Positions 40,761 through 51,541 of a DNA stretch of 64,000 nt are shown in pieces. Positions within the stretch are counted from its first letter, which is position 1. Every line of letters starts with the position of its first letter. Below the pieces are notes generated by a model. It had not been told where the DNA came from. It did not search any database and saw nothing but the letters and a program-made list of their open reading frames with translations. The stretch spans positions 1 through 64,000 of the forward strand of contig CAVPNL010000004.1 of assembly GCA_963706575.1 (NCBI GenBank), written 5' to 3'. The DNA comes from an uncultured delta proteobacterium. GTDB taxonomy: Bacteria; Desulfobacterota; Desulfobacteria; Desulfobacterales; JAHEIW01. A program made the translations under genes and the position numbers.

Positions 40761-41114
40761 TTACCATGAGCCGTCCAGCCCGCGAAGCCCATTGACATAA
40801 AGTCGGCCGCTGGCAACAAACAGGGAGTATGCAGTCAGCAGACAGGGCATCTGATAGGATTTGGCCAGTTCGAGGACGGGCGGATCGGGTCTTTTACCCC
40901 TGACAAAAACAACGGCCGTTACCTCGGCAAGTTTGGCAGTCCGCAAAACATGCTCGGTCGTCAGACCGGTGAGCAAGACTGCGTCTTTGGCGACAGCCGA
41001 TAAGACATCTGCCATCAAATCCGCCCCTCCGGCCCCCACGACAGCGCGATCCAGCTGATCTTCACCCGTCAAAATGGTGGCATCTAATATGTTTTGAATC
41101 TCATATAGCTTCAT
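40761..41114 (-). CDS. DRTGG domain protein
   Basis: ADLMADVL, LLTGL, FVRGK. Confidence 0.85.
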   Translation of the reverse strand: MKLYEIQNILDATILTGEDQLDRAVVGAGGADLMADVLSAVAKDAVLLTGLTTEHVLRTAKLAEVTAVVFVRGKRPDPPVLELAKSYQMPCLLTAYSLFVASGRLYVNGLRGLDGSW

Positions 41115-41131
41115 GTTGAATAAGGCTCTCG

Positions 41132-41626
41132 TTATTCATACTTATCAAGCATTTCAATGACTTTGTCGGCTTTGACATCCCCGTAAGTATCCTGATCCAC
41201 CACCACAACCGGTGCCAGGCCGCAAGCTCCCAGACATCGGACCGCTTCCAGCGTAAAACGCCGATCTTCGGTCGTGTCGCCTTCTGCGATCCGGTATTGG
41301 TTGCCGATACGACTTATGACTTCTTTGATGCCTTTCACATAACAGGCGGTGCCCATGCAGGCCTTGATCTGGTGCCTGCCTTTGGGCGCCAGCGCAAAAA
41401 GCGAGTAAAAGGAAGCCACCCCGAAAACTTCACTGCGCGAAAGATTGAGACCGTCGCTGATATAATCGATAAGCTCAACCGGCAGCCAGCCGACGACATC
41501 CTGGCATTCACGCAAAACACCTATGATCGAACCGGGGATTTCTTTGTTATCACCAATAATTTTCTCAATCTTAGGCCACATTTCATCTGTAATTTCAGGA
41601 TGTTCAGGACGGGCGTCAGGTGTCAT
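41132..41626 (-). CDS. NuoE/HydC-like [2Fe-2S] subunit
   Basis: GVASFY, CMGTACYVKG, RCLGACGLAP. Confidence 0.95.
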   Translation of the reverse strand: MTPDARPEHPEITDEMWPKIEKIIGDNKEIPGSIIGVLRECQDVVGWLPVELIDYISDGLNLSRSEVFGVASFYSLFALAPKGRHQIKACMGTACYVKGIKEVISRIGNQYRIAEGDTTEDRRFTLEAVRCLGACGLAPVVVVDQDTYGDVKADKVIEMLDKYE

Positions 41627-41860
41627 TTGCAGATCTCCCTCGTTTGCACACGTTTACGACAGATCCGATTGAGCCGGATTGTAAACGATCATCAACAGGC
41701 GTCATCAATTACCCAAAAGAATCACGGGCGGGGTCAGGTGTTTAAGGGAGTGTGTATGCCACAGTGTAATAAAAAAGTCAACGAGAACATATTGTTTCCA
41801 CACTTGATATCTGTTGGCTTGACGAAGACAATTTGCTGCACTAAAATGGCGTTTTCTCTA

Positions 41861-42067
41861 ACCTAATTTGAGCGATTGTCGAGGTTGCCGCAGCTACAAG
41901 GAAGATGTCGTTCCGCTATAGTTGACTATGCAAAAAGGCGGACGGCATCTGACGCCGTAGATGCGGTAAGATCGGCAATCCCGAAGGGTTTCAAATTTAA
42001 ATCGATATGATTCCTTAATAATAAGATATTTCACCTATTTTTTAAGTTTGAAACGATCAATTTAGGT
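41861..42067. mobile_element. MITE-like element, about 207 bp
   Basis: Imperfect TIRs ACCTAATTTGAGCGATT / AAACGATCAATTTAGGT; first 24 nt match 8815-8838 at 22/24. Confidence 0.55.
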
Positions 42068-42090
42068 CCTAAGTACCTTAAGAGGGCAGC

Positions 42091-42930
42091 ATGCAAAACT
42101 TGACGCAACGACTGGCAGAAACGGTCGATTTTATTAAAGGCCGGATAAAGGATATGCCCTATATCGGTCTGCTAACCGGCACCGGCCTGGGTGAAAGTGC
42201 CGAATCGATAACGGTCGAGACAAGCATCAATTATCAGGATATTCCTCATTTTCCGATATCAACGGTTCAAACCCATATTGGCCGCATGCTCAGTGGCTAC
42301 ATGAACGGCTGCCCGGTCATTGCCATGCAGGGCCGATTTCATTTATATGAAGGGTATCATCCCCTCGAAGTTACTTTTCCCATCAGGGTAATGCAGCAGC
42401 TCGGCGTAAAAATTCTGATCCTTTCAAATGCCGCCGGCGGCCTGAATCCTGAATTTAATCCGGGCGATATCATGCTGATAGCCGATCATATTAATCTCAC
42501 CGGAACAAACCCGCTGATCGGCCCCAATATAGACAGCTGGGGCAAACGATTCCCCGACATGACCCGGGCCTATGATGAAACGCTAATCGATGCGGCCGAG
42601 CGCATCGCCAAAACAGCCGGAGCACGTCTGCAAAAAGGAATATACGTAGGGCTCACAGGGCCCTCGCTTGAAACGCCGTCGGAAGTAAAATTTTTACAAA
42701 CCATTGGCGCCGAAGCCGTCGGGTTTTCAACCGTGCAGGAAGTTATTGCCGCCGTCCACAGCGGTATGCGGGTGCTGGGATTATCAATTATTACCAACGT
42801 CCATAATCCGGACGATCCCGTTCCGGCTACTGTTGAAGAAATCATTGAAGTGGCCAAAGGGGCGACTCCCCTGCTGGAAACGATTATAAAAGGGATCACT
42901 GAAAAAATATATGAAACCGAAATCCGCTGA
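42091..42930 (+). CDS. punA: Purine nucleoside phosphorylase (trimeric type)
   Basis: GTGLG, QGRFHLYEG, NAAGG, DHIN, GPSLET..E. Confidence 0.9.
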   Translation: MQNLTQRLAETVDFIKGRIKDMPYIGLLTGTGLGESAESITVETSINYQDIPHFPISTVQTHIGRMLSGYMNGCPVIAMQGRFHLYEGYHPLEVTFPIRVMQQLGVKILILSNAAGGLNPEFNPGDIMLIADHINLTGTNPLIGPNIDSWGKRFPDMTRAYDETLIDAAERIAKTAGARLQKGIYVGLTGPSLETPSEVKFLQTIGAEAVGFSTVQEVIAAVHSGMRVLGLSIITNVHNPDDPVPATVEEIIEVAKGATPLLETIIKGITEKIYETEIR

Positions 42931-44228
42931 TACCCTGGTGACGAACGGAACCGTACTGACCCTATGTGCAGGCGATACCGAAATTATCAATGGCGCAGTT
43001 GCCATCGACAAAGATACCATCACGGCCGTCGGGTCGGCCGATGAATTTAACGACTGGCGCATATCACAAGTTATCGATGCTCACGGCGGAATCATCATGC
43101 CGGGATTGATTAATTCCCACACCCACGCCGCCATGACCTGTTTCAGAGGGCTGGCCGATGACCTTCCTTTGATGACCTGGCTCAATGATCATATTTTCCC
43201 GGCCGAGGCAAAACTGGATGATCAAAAGGTCTATTCAGGCACATTGCTGGCCTGCGCTGAAATGATCATGTCCGGCACCACCTGTTTCTGCGACATGTAT
43301 CTGTTTGAGGATGCGGTCGCCCGGGCCGCCAAAGACGCCGGCATGCGCGCTGTTGTCGGAGAAGTTCTCTATGATTTTGATTCACCCAATTATGGGCCCA
43401 TCGAAAACGGAATTGGATATACCCAAAAACTGATCGATTCCTGGCAGGAAGATCCCCTGGTCAGCATAGCCGTCGAGCCGCATTCAGCCTATCTTTGTGC
43501 GCCGGAATTGCTGCAAAAAGCCTTTAAGCTGGCGCAATCCCATAATCTAACGTTTGTGATCCATCTGGCCGAATCCAAAAGTGAGGTTGAACAAATACAG
43601 CAACGCTTTGAGCGCACACCGGTCGAATACCTTGCTGAACTCGGAGTTCTAGCCCCCAACGTACTTGCCTGCCATTGTGTAGAGCTCACTGAAAAGGACA
43701 TCGCCTTGCTGCAGCGCTTTGATGTAAAAGTCGCTCATAATGCCGAAAGCAATATGAAACTGGCATCCGGGGTGGCACCGATCCCCCGGTTAATTGATGA
43801 AGGCATCTGTGTGGGGATGGGAACGGATGGATGTGCCAGTAACAACGATCTGGATCTTTTTCAGGAAATGGATAGCGTGGCCAAACTTCACAAGGCCAAA
43901 AGTCTGGATCCAACGGTAATGGACGCCCGGACCGTATTAAAAATGGCCACCATCAGCGGCGCAAGGGCTCTGGGCCTCGATCCGGTTCATCGGCTCCCTC
44001 GAGAAAGGCAAAAAAGCAGATCTAATCATTGTCGACACAAACAAGCCTCATCTGACGCCCATGTACAATCCGGTCTCTCACCTGGTGTACGCGGCGATAG
44101 GAAGCGACGTCACCACCTCAATCATTAATGGCCATGTCGTTATGGAGGATGGCACGATTAAAACGATGGACATCAAAGCGGTCATGGACGATGTCAACAT
44201 GATAGCAAAAGAAATAGCAACCGGATAA
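42911..44228 (+). CDS. mtaD: MTA/SAH deaminase-family amidohydrolase, one apparent +1 frameshift near 43985
   Basis: [38 protein letters not shown]; the other frame continues [13 protein letters not shown]...TAA 44228. Confidence 0.8.
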
Positions 44229-44301
44229 AGAATTGCCTTGAGGATTTTTCACATAGCTGCTTGATGGCCATTTGGAGCAATGGAGTGTTGGAGTAAATTC
44301 A

Positions 44302-44391
44302 ATTGCGGATTTTAGATTGCGGATTGCAGATTGAAATATTAGACATGTCGTACATTTAAAATCCGCAATCCGCAATCCAAAATCTAAAATC
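44302..44391. repeat. Inverted pair of 7-mer tandem repeats
   Basis: attgcgg attttag attgcgg attgcag ... aaaatcc gcaatcc gcaatcc aaaatct aaaatc. Confidence 0.85.
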
Positions 44392-44402
44392 AGCGTGATC
44401 CC

Positions 44403-45726
44403 ATGCCTTACGATCTAGTCGTCCATAATGGAACCATTGTGACCGTCAATGATTCATTTGAAATTATCCCAAATGGTCTGATTTGCGTAAAGGCAGGCAA
44501 ACTCGAGCGTGTCGAAAACCTGGCGGACGATCAATCGCTTCCGGCCGCAGATGAAATCATCGATGCCGGGGGCGGTCTCGTTATGCCGGGTCTGATCAAC
44601 ACCCACACCCATCTTCCCATGACCCTGTTTCGCGGCCTGGCGGATGATCTGCCGCTGAATATCTGGTTAAACCAACACATTTTTCCCGCAGAGAGTGCCC
44701 ACATCAACCCCGAGCGTGTTCGCTGGGCGATCTTTATTAGCCTGCGCTGAAATGTTACTTTGCGGAGCGACCACTTGCTGTGACGGATATTTTTATGAAA
44801 ACGAGGTGGCTGAGGCCGTGCAAACCAGCGGCATGCGCGCCGTATTGGCCCAGGGGGTGATTGACTTTCCGGCACCGGGCGTGCCGGATCCGAAGAGATA
44901 ATCTTAAGATACCCGCTGCCTTTATTGCCAGATGGCAAAACCGGACGTCTCTGATCAGCCCATCCGTATTTTGCCATTCGGCCTATACCTGCAGCGCGGA
45001 AACCTTGAAAAAAGCCAAGGCGCTTTGCGTTGAAAAAGGCTTGCTCTTTCAAATTCACGTGGCGGAAACCCAATATGAGTGCCGGCAAATCCAGGATGAA
45101 CATCAGTGCACCCCGATCCAGTATCTCGATCGTTTGGAAATACTGGATGAAAATACCTTGCTGATACATTGTGTCTGGTTAACCGATGAAGATATCGCAA
45201 TTATCGCTGCGCGCAAAGCCGGCATTTCCCACAACCCGGAGAGCAATGCCAAATTGGCTTCGGGGATCGCACCGATACCGGAAATTTTGAGGTTCGGCAT
45301 ACCGGTCGGGCTCGGCACAGATGGATGTGCCAGCAACAACAACCTGGATCTGTTTCATGAAATGGACATGGCGGCCAAACTTCACAAGGCGGCCTCATTT
45401 GATCCAACCACAATGGATGCGAGAACCGTGGTTGAGATGGCAACCATCGGCGGCGCCAAAGCCATCGGCCTTGGCACCCATACTCGGCTCTCTTGAAGTC
45501 GGCAAACAGGCGGACGTGATCATCATCGATACCGCAAGATCGCATCTGTCACCGATTTACCACCCGGAGTCTCATATCGTCTATGCGGCCAAGAGCTCGG
45601 ACGTGCGCGACGTCGTGGTGGACGGTCGTGTCCGGGTTCGAAGATCGAAAGGTGCTCAGCCTGGATGTTGAAGAGATTATGGCCAAGGTCCGGGAGATCG
45701 CAAATCATATCAAAAAAGACCGGTGA
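44403..45726 (+). CDS. Second MTA/SAH deaminase-family amidohydrolase, about four apparent frameshifts
   Basis: HTHLPM, RGLADD, HSAY, HVAET, SNAKLASG, GTDG, GSLEVGKQAD spread over consecutive frames (breaks near 44730, 44897, 45483, 45640). Confidence 0.75.
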
Positions 45727-45763
45727 TACCTGGCCAATAGATTTAAGGTTAATTAATGTATCA

Positions 45764-45840
45764 TTCACCACAGAGTTCACAGAGCACACAGAGAAAATAC
45801 TCAACATTGGTTTCTATCATTTTATTATAAATCTCTGTCG
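45764..45840. repeat. CACAGAG-family 9-mer repeat element
   Basis: ttcaccacagagttcacagagcacacagag ... atctctgtcg. Confidence 0.65.
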
Positions 45841-45873
45841 TAAAACAAACTCATATAAAAATGGACCTTAACA

Positions 45874-47587
45874 ATGAATCTGAATGAAATCATTAAAGGC
45901 GGCACACGGCGAAAAACCGGTTGATCTGCTTTTAACAAACGCGCAGATCATCAATGTATTTGCGGGCGAGGTCGTAGCGGATTCAATTGCCATCAGTGAT
46001 GGGATGATCGTCGGCTTCGGACCATACGAGGCCCAAAATGTCGTGGATCTAAACGGTCGATATGTCGCTCCCGGTTTTATTGATGGACATGTCCATATTG
46101 AAAGCTCAATGGCTTGCATTTCCGAATTCGCCCGGGCAGTCGTCGTACATGGTACCACGACCGTAGCGGCCGATCCCCATGAAATCGCTAACGTGCTGGG
46201 ATCAGCGGGAATCGAATATATGCTGCAGTCGGCAGAACAACAACCCATGAATATCTATTTTACCCTGCCGTCGTGCGTACCGGCTACCGATATGGAAACC
46301 GCCGGTGCGCGCCTAACCGCTGAAGACCTGCGGCCATTTTTAAATAAAGAAAGAATTATCGCACTGGCTGAGATGATGAATTTTCCTGGCGTTATCTATC
46401 GGGATCCGGATGTTTTGGCCAAAATACTCGCTGCCCGGCAGCAAAAAAAGCCGATCGACGGTCACGCGCCCGGGCTCACAGGACAGGCGCTTTATGCTTA
46501 TATCTCAGCCGGCATTCAAAGTGATCATGAATGCACCACCGCGCAGGAAGCCAGAGAAAAGCTCATGGCCGGTATGTACATCATGGTCCGACAGGGAACC
46601 TGTGCCAAAAATTTGCAGGCTCTGTTGCCGGCCGTGAGCGAAAAAACAGCCCGGCGGATGATGTGGTGCACTGATGATCGGCACCCCCATGATCTGATCG
46701 CAGAGGGTCATATTGATTCTATCGTGTATGAAGCCATTCAATCCGGTCTGGACCCGATTTTAGCGATCCAAATGGCGACCCTGAATCCGGCAGAATATTT
46801 CAAATTAGACCACCTGGGCGCTCTTGCGCCCGGCAAACAGGCCGATCTGGTTGTATTTTCAAATTTAAAAAAACCGATCATTGAAAAAGTATATTGCCGG
46901 GGAATCTTAACTGCCGAAAACGGAAAAATATCACCGAATATTCAGGTTCCTCCAGCGGCCACCGTCCCTCCATCGATGCATGTTAATCTTCAGAATATCG
47001 ATTTCGCAATATCTGCTGATAAAAAACAAGTTCGAGTAATTGAAATTGTGCCGGAACAGGTGATTACCCATCAGCTTATCGAAGAGATAACGGTTAAAAA
47101 TAGTCAAGCGGTAAGCGATCCTTCAAAGGATATGCTTAAAATAGCGGTTATTGAACGTCACAAAGGCACCGGCAATATCGGCATGGGCTTTGTTAAAGGC
47201 TTCGGCTTAAAACACGGCGCCCTGGCTTCCAGTGTTGCCCATGATTCTCATAATATTATTGTGGCCGGCACCACAGATGAGGACATGCGAGCCGCAATGG
47301 AAGCGGTGGTGAAAATGGGAGGCGGCCTGGCTGCCGTATCTGATACCCATATTCTGGCTGAACTGGCGTTGCCGGTTGCGGGACTGATGTCTTTGGAACC
47401 GGTCCAGAGTATCCGCGATCAACTGGACAGCCTCATTGGAGTTGCACATGGCATGGGGACCACATTAAAGGATCCGTTCATGACCCTTTCCTTTTTGGCC
47501 CTGCCCGTGATACCGGAGTTAAAGCTGACCGATATCGGGCTGGTCGATGTGAATAAGTTTGAAGTGGTGCCATTGTTTGTTGAATAG
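45874..47587 (+). CDS. ade: Adenine deaminase
   Basis: PGFIDGHVHIESS, DPHEIANV, EMMN, DGHAP, DHE, TDD, VAHDSHN; the true start is probably ATG 45874 (MNLNEIIK) with one extra base near 45898. Confidence 0.92.
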
Positions 47588-47606
47588 CAGCTGGTCGCTG
47601 TCATTT

Positions 47607-47723
47607 AGGTGTCAGTGTTCAGGTGTCAGGATTACGAATCTGATGACGCGAGAATCATGAAATTCCGCATTCTGTCATCTGTTTGCTGATCCGCCTCCGG
47701 CGGAACACCCGAAACCTGAAACC
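47607..47723. repeat. Inverted 7-mer repeats (GGTGTCA/TGAAACC) with a CCGCC..GGCGG hairpin
   Basis: aggtgtc agtgttc aggtgtc agg ... acacccg aaacctg aaacct. Confidence 0.65.
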
Positions 47724-47894
47724 TTTATTAATAACAAGCAATCAGGAACAGCCGCACTTACCATTGACACGCGTGCATGCTATACTTTATAATTTTGCAT
47801 TCTTTAATTGGATTTTTTTTAACGGGAATTGTCAAGCGGTCGGCTTTGAGACACGGCCGGCCCTAAAAACGGAGTGAAATGACGGTAACCACAT

Positions 47895-48248
47895 ATGAAG
47901 CTATCAGAAATAGTTGAGACCCTGGATGCGACCCTTTTGATCGGCGAGGATAAACTGAATCAAGATATCACCAAATGTGGTGCCAGCGACTTGATGAGCG
48001 ATGTTCTGGCTGCAATTTGTGAAGGCTGTATTTTATTGACCGGCCTGACAACAGTCCAGGTGATACGGACCGCCAGCGTCGCCGGGGTCGGGGCGGTGGC
48101 ATTTGTCAGGGGTAAAAAGCCTCCCCCGGAAGTGGTCGAAATGGCCGGCATTCAGGGGCTGCCGTTAATATCGAGCCCGTATTCCATGTTTGTCTCCTGC
48201 GGCAGGCTGCACGCCTGTAATCTTACGGGGCTTAACGGGCAACGATAA
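47895..48248 (+). CDS. DRTGG domain protein
   Basis: SDLMSDVL, LLTGL, FVRGK; paralog of 40761-41114. Confidence 0.85.
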   Translation: MKLSEIVETLDATLLIGEDKLNQDITKCGASDLMSDVLAAICEGCILLTGLTTVQVIRTASVAGVGAVAFVRGKKPPPEVVEMAGIQGLPLISSPYSMFVSCGRLHACNLTGLNGQR

Positions 48249-48305
48249 CCGATCGCAAATTGCCTCATATCAACGATATAGCGCTACAGTGATTTTCCAG
48301 CGACG

Positions 48306-48746
48306 ATGGTTAAATTCAAAAAAAGCTTTCATATAAAAGGTAGAGATTTTATCCGCGCCGGAGAAGCCGCGATCAACGTGCAAAATCTTCTCAAGTCGAT
48401 GGATTTTGATTCCCGCCTGATTCGGCGCGTTGCCATCTGCGGCTATGAAAGCGAAATGAATGTCGTCATGCACGCCGGCGATGGCTCCTTGAGCCTTGAG
48501 ATCGACACGGACAGGCTGACTCTAGAAATTTCCGATGATGGCCCCGGTATCGAAGATATTGACCTGGCGATGCAGGCCGGTTACTCGACAGCCAACGACG
48601 ATCACCGTGAAATGGGTTTCGGAGCCGGCATGGGCCTGCCGAATATGAAAAAAAATTCAGATCAGATTCACATTGAGTCAAACAATGGCCAGGGAACTGT
48701 GGTTCGAATGATTTTTTTCCTGCCGGAGGGAGGGAAAACAGATTGA
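48306..48746 (+). CDS. Anti-sigma-factor-type Ser/Thr kinase (HATPase_c, RsbW/RsbT-like)
   Basis: YESEMNVVMHA, DDGPGI, GYSTA, GFGAGMGLPN. Confidence 0.88.
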   Translation: MVKFKKSFHIKGRDFIRAGEAAINVQNLLKSMDFDSRLIRRVAICGYESEMNVVMHAGDGSLSLEIDTDRLTLEISDDGPGIEDIDLAMQAGYSTANDDHREMGFGAGMGLPNMKKNSDQIHIESNNGQGTVVRMIFFLPEGGKTD

Positions 48747-50053
48747 GCCCAAAACTAACATCGACTCACTATGTCCGTTTTGACCAAGACCTCTGCGCCG
48801 GCTGTGGCTCGTGTCTGCGGGTCTGCCCCACCAAAGCCATCCGCGTTAAAAAGAAAAAGGCCATCCGCATCGTAGAACAATGCATCGGCTGCGGCGAATG
48901 CATTCGCATCTGCCGCGAAGGCGCCGTCAGTGCGGCCAGTGAAAGCCCCAAAGTGCTGGGAGAAAATCATGTGGCTATCGCCCTGGTTTCACCGGTGCTC
49001 TATGCGCAGTTTCCCGGGGTGATGCCCAAAGACGTGCTCCTGGGACTGCGCCATATGGGCTTTGAGCACACCATCGACATGTCTTATTTTCTTGAAATAT
49101 TCCAATTTGCGACCGAAGAATTCATCAGCCGCAATCGAAAATCCCAAACGGCCCCCTGGCCGCTGATTTCTCCGGTATGCCCGGTGGTGGTGCGGCTCAT
49201 CGCTTTTCGATTTCCCAACCTTTTACCCAATGTGTTGCCGGTGTTGAGGCCGGTGGCCCTAATGGCGCGGGAAGTCAAATCGCGCCTGATACCCGAGTAC
49301 AGCAAAAAAGGAAAAGGCGTTGTCCTGTATTATATCAATCCCTGTCCCACTAAAAAAGAACCGGCACCCTTGCCCCGCCACAAACGAACGGGTCCCGCTG
49401 AAGTCGCTCTGGGAATCAACGATATATATCCCGAACTGGTCAAACATGTGGACCAGATAGAAGCCGCGGACGGTATTCCTTTTTATCAAACCCGTTTTGA
49501 ATATGAAACATGCGCAACCGGCAACGCGTCCATGTGGGGGATGTCCGGTGGAGAAATTGCCGACATGGATATTGAGAAATCTCTGGCGGTTTCCGGCATG
49601 GAGGAAACCATCAGCTATCTGGAAAAAATTGAATTGGGGTTGTTTCAGGATATTGAGTATATCGAGTTTAGGACCTGCCGCGAAGGCTGCCTGGGCGGCG
49701 TGCTGACCGCCATAGATAAATACCTTGCCAAGGGCGCCGTCCAAAAGATGATCAAACGGTTTGGGCTGGGAAGACGCTTGCACCGCGAAAATATTATGCG
49801 GATGTACGATAAAGGAGAATTCCAAAGCGAAAAAAAACCAGCCAAATTGACCAGTCTGTTTGGCACCAATAAAGAAGCCCTGTCGATCGATAGTATGCAG
49901 AAAATTGAGAAAGTTATGGAATTAATCCAGGGCACAGACTGCTCAGCATGTGGCGCACCGGACTGCCGGACTTTTGCTGAAGATGTGGTGCGGGGAAATG
50001 CCGCCCTGAAGGAATGTCTTTTTATCGGCGCGCGCGCAAAAAAAAAGGATTGA
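48743..50053 (+). CDS. Group D-type [FeFe]-hydrogenase-like Fe-S protein (putative sensor)
   Basis: N-terminal 2x[4Fe-4S]; H-domain motifs ISPVCP (L1), NPCPTK (L2), EFRTCREGCLGG (L3); C-terminal DCSACGAPDC. Confidence 0.8.
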   Translation: MSPKLTSTHYVRFDQDLCAGCGSCLRVCPTKAIRVKKKKAIRIVEQCIGCGECIRICREGAVSAASESPKVLGENHVAIALVSPVLYAQFPGVMPKDVLLGLRHMGFEHTIDMSYFLEIFQFATEEFISRNRKSQTAPWPLISPVCPVVVRLIAFRFPNLLPNVLPVLRPVALMAREVKSRLIPEYSKKGKGVVLYYINPCPTKKEPAPLPRHKRTGPAEVALGINDIYPELVKHVDQIEAADGIPFYQTRFEYETCATGNASMWGMSGGEIADMDIEKSLAVSGMEETISYLEKIELGLFQDIEYIEFRTCREGCLGGVLTAIDKYLAKGAVQKMIKRFGLGRRLHRENIMRMYDKGEFQSEKKPAKLTSLFGTNKEALSIDSMQKIEKVMELIQGTDCSACGAPDCRTFAEDVVRGNAALKECLFIGARAKKKD

Positions 50054-50105
50054 GCCGCTGATTGACAATCATACGGCGAAAACAGACGGGAAAGGATTTT
50101 GACGG

Positions 50106-50456
50106 ATGTTGGTAAAAGATCTGGTGGAAAAATTTGACCTATCAATCGTTGCGGGCAAAAATGGGCTTGATCGTGAGGTCCTCGACGGTTACTGCGGCGA
50201 TTTGTTGAGCGAAATAATGGGCAACGCTCCGGCAGGCTGTGTCTGGTTGACGGTTCAGGGGCATCAAAATATTGTCGCGGTGGCCGTGCTGCGTGAAATG
50301 GCCGCCATCCTTATCACCGGTGGCCAAAAGCCGGATGAAGAAACCATCCGGAAGGCGGATCAGGAGGGCATTCCCATTTTATTATGGCCCGAATCATCCT
50401 ATCGCTTGGCCGGCCGCATTTTTAGTGCCGGCGTCGGGAATCTAAGCACCGAATAA
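50106..50456 (+). CDS. DRTGG domain protein
   Basis: GYCGDLLS, WLTVQ.HQNIVAVA. Confidence 0.85.
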   Translation: MLVKDLVEKFDLSIVAGKNGLDREVLDGYCGDLLSEIMGNAPAGCVWLTVQGHQNIVAVAVLREMAAILITGGQKPDEETIRKADQEGIPILLWPESSYRLAGRIFSAGVGNLSTE

Positions 50457-50504
50457 TTTACGGATTCAGCATTTAACAGCACGAATGTTAGTACACCTTA
50501 CAAT

Positions 50505-50578
50505 TTCACCACAAAGTTCACGAAGGGCACAAAGAAAGAATTTACTATTATTAAAAAATCTTTGTGTACTTCGTGGTT
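50505..50578. repeat. Inverted 9-mer repeat element (CACAAAG family)
   Basis: caccacaaagttcacgaagggcacaaag ... ctttgtgtacttcgtggt. Confidence 0.8.
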
Positions 50579-50609
50579 GGGTAACCGCTCCATTTTAGGG
50601 AACCAGCCG

Positions 50610-51356
50610 TTGTTAAAAAAATACAAAGCCGACCTCCACATTCACTCCTGCCTTTCACCATGCAGCGATTGGGATATGAGCCCCAAAAAAATTATCGAGA
50701 AAAGCCTTGAACGACAGCTCGATTTAATCGCCATCTGTGACCACAACACCGCCGAAAACGCGGCGGCAACTTCACGGGAGGGAACCCGGCAGGGCATTAC
50801 CGTTTTGCCAGGGATGGAAATCTGTTCCAGAGAAGAAGTGCATCTGGTAACCCTTTTTAAAAAAATTGAAGACGCTCTGAAAATGCAGGAATTTATTTAC
50901 GCCCATCTGCCGGGGGAAAATCAACCGGAAGTATTCGGGCATCAGGTCGTCGCCGATGAGCACGACCAGGTCCTGGGAGAAAACGCCCGCCTGCTGATCG
51001 GTGCCACCCGGCTCAGTTTACATGATATTGTTGCTAAGGCTCATCATCTCGGCGCCATCTGCATCAGTTCCCATGTTGACCGTCCGTCGTACAGTCTGAT
51101 CGGCCAGCTTGGATTCATCCCCGAGGATTTACATTTGGACGCCGTGGAGGTTTCTTATCGGATACCCCTTGATAAAGCCCTGACCGAGGTGCCGGGCATA
51201 AAGGATTATCCCTGTGTGACCGCTTCAGATGCACATTTTTTGAGAGATATCGGCAAGGTGTGGACGGAATTCATCTTAGCCGCCCCCACACTGGAAGAAA
51301 TCCAAATGGCACTGGCCGGAACCGAAGGGCGCAGGATTGTCAACAAGAGCGAATGA
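50610..51356 (+). CDS. PHP domain phosphoesterase
   Basis: DLHIHSCLSPC, DHN, PGME, EEVH, SDAH; TTG start assumed. Confidence 0.9.
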   Translation: MLKKYKADLHIHSCLSPCSDWDMSPKKIIEKSLERQLDLIAICDHNTAENAAATSREGTRQGITVLPGMEICSREEVHLVTLFKKIEDALKMQEFIYAHLPGENQPEVFGHQVVADEHDQVLGENARLLIGATRLSLHDIVAKAHHLGAICISSHVDRPSYSLIGQLGFIPEDLHLDAVEVSYRIPLDKALTEVPGIKDYPCVTASDAHFLRDIGKVWTEFILAAPTLEEIQMALAGTEGRRIVNKSE

Positions 51357-51384
51357 TATCCAGTCTTGTGTAGATTGAGACTTA

Positions 51385-51477
51385 ACCACAAAGTTCACAA
51401 AGGACACAAAGGAAATAATTTATAAAAAATTTAATTCATCTGTTTTCACCTTTGTGCTCTTTGTGTCTTTGTGGTGA
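51385..51477. repeat. Inverted 9-mer repeat element (CACAAAG family)
   Basis: accacaaagttcacaaaggacacaaagg ... cctttgtgctctttgtgtctttgtggt. Confidence 0.85.
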
Positions 51478-51541
51478 GTAAAGTCTTCACAATCGATCTG
51501 AAAACAGCAGTTGTAGCACAGCGGAAAGTCTTATGGTATAA

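Noticed and set aside
38913..41626. Respiratory complex I (nuo) operon
   Set aside because: No other nuo subunits; NuoF has the HydB-type N- and C-terminal extensions
50505..51477. Repeats as a CRISPR array
   Set aside because: Units are 7-9 nt, degenerate and inverted, without unique 30-40 nt spacers; no cas genes
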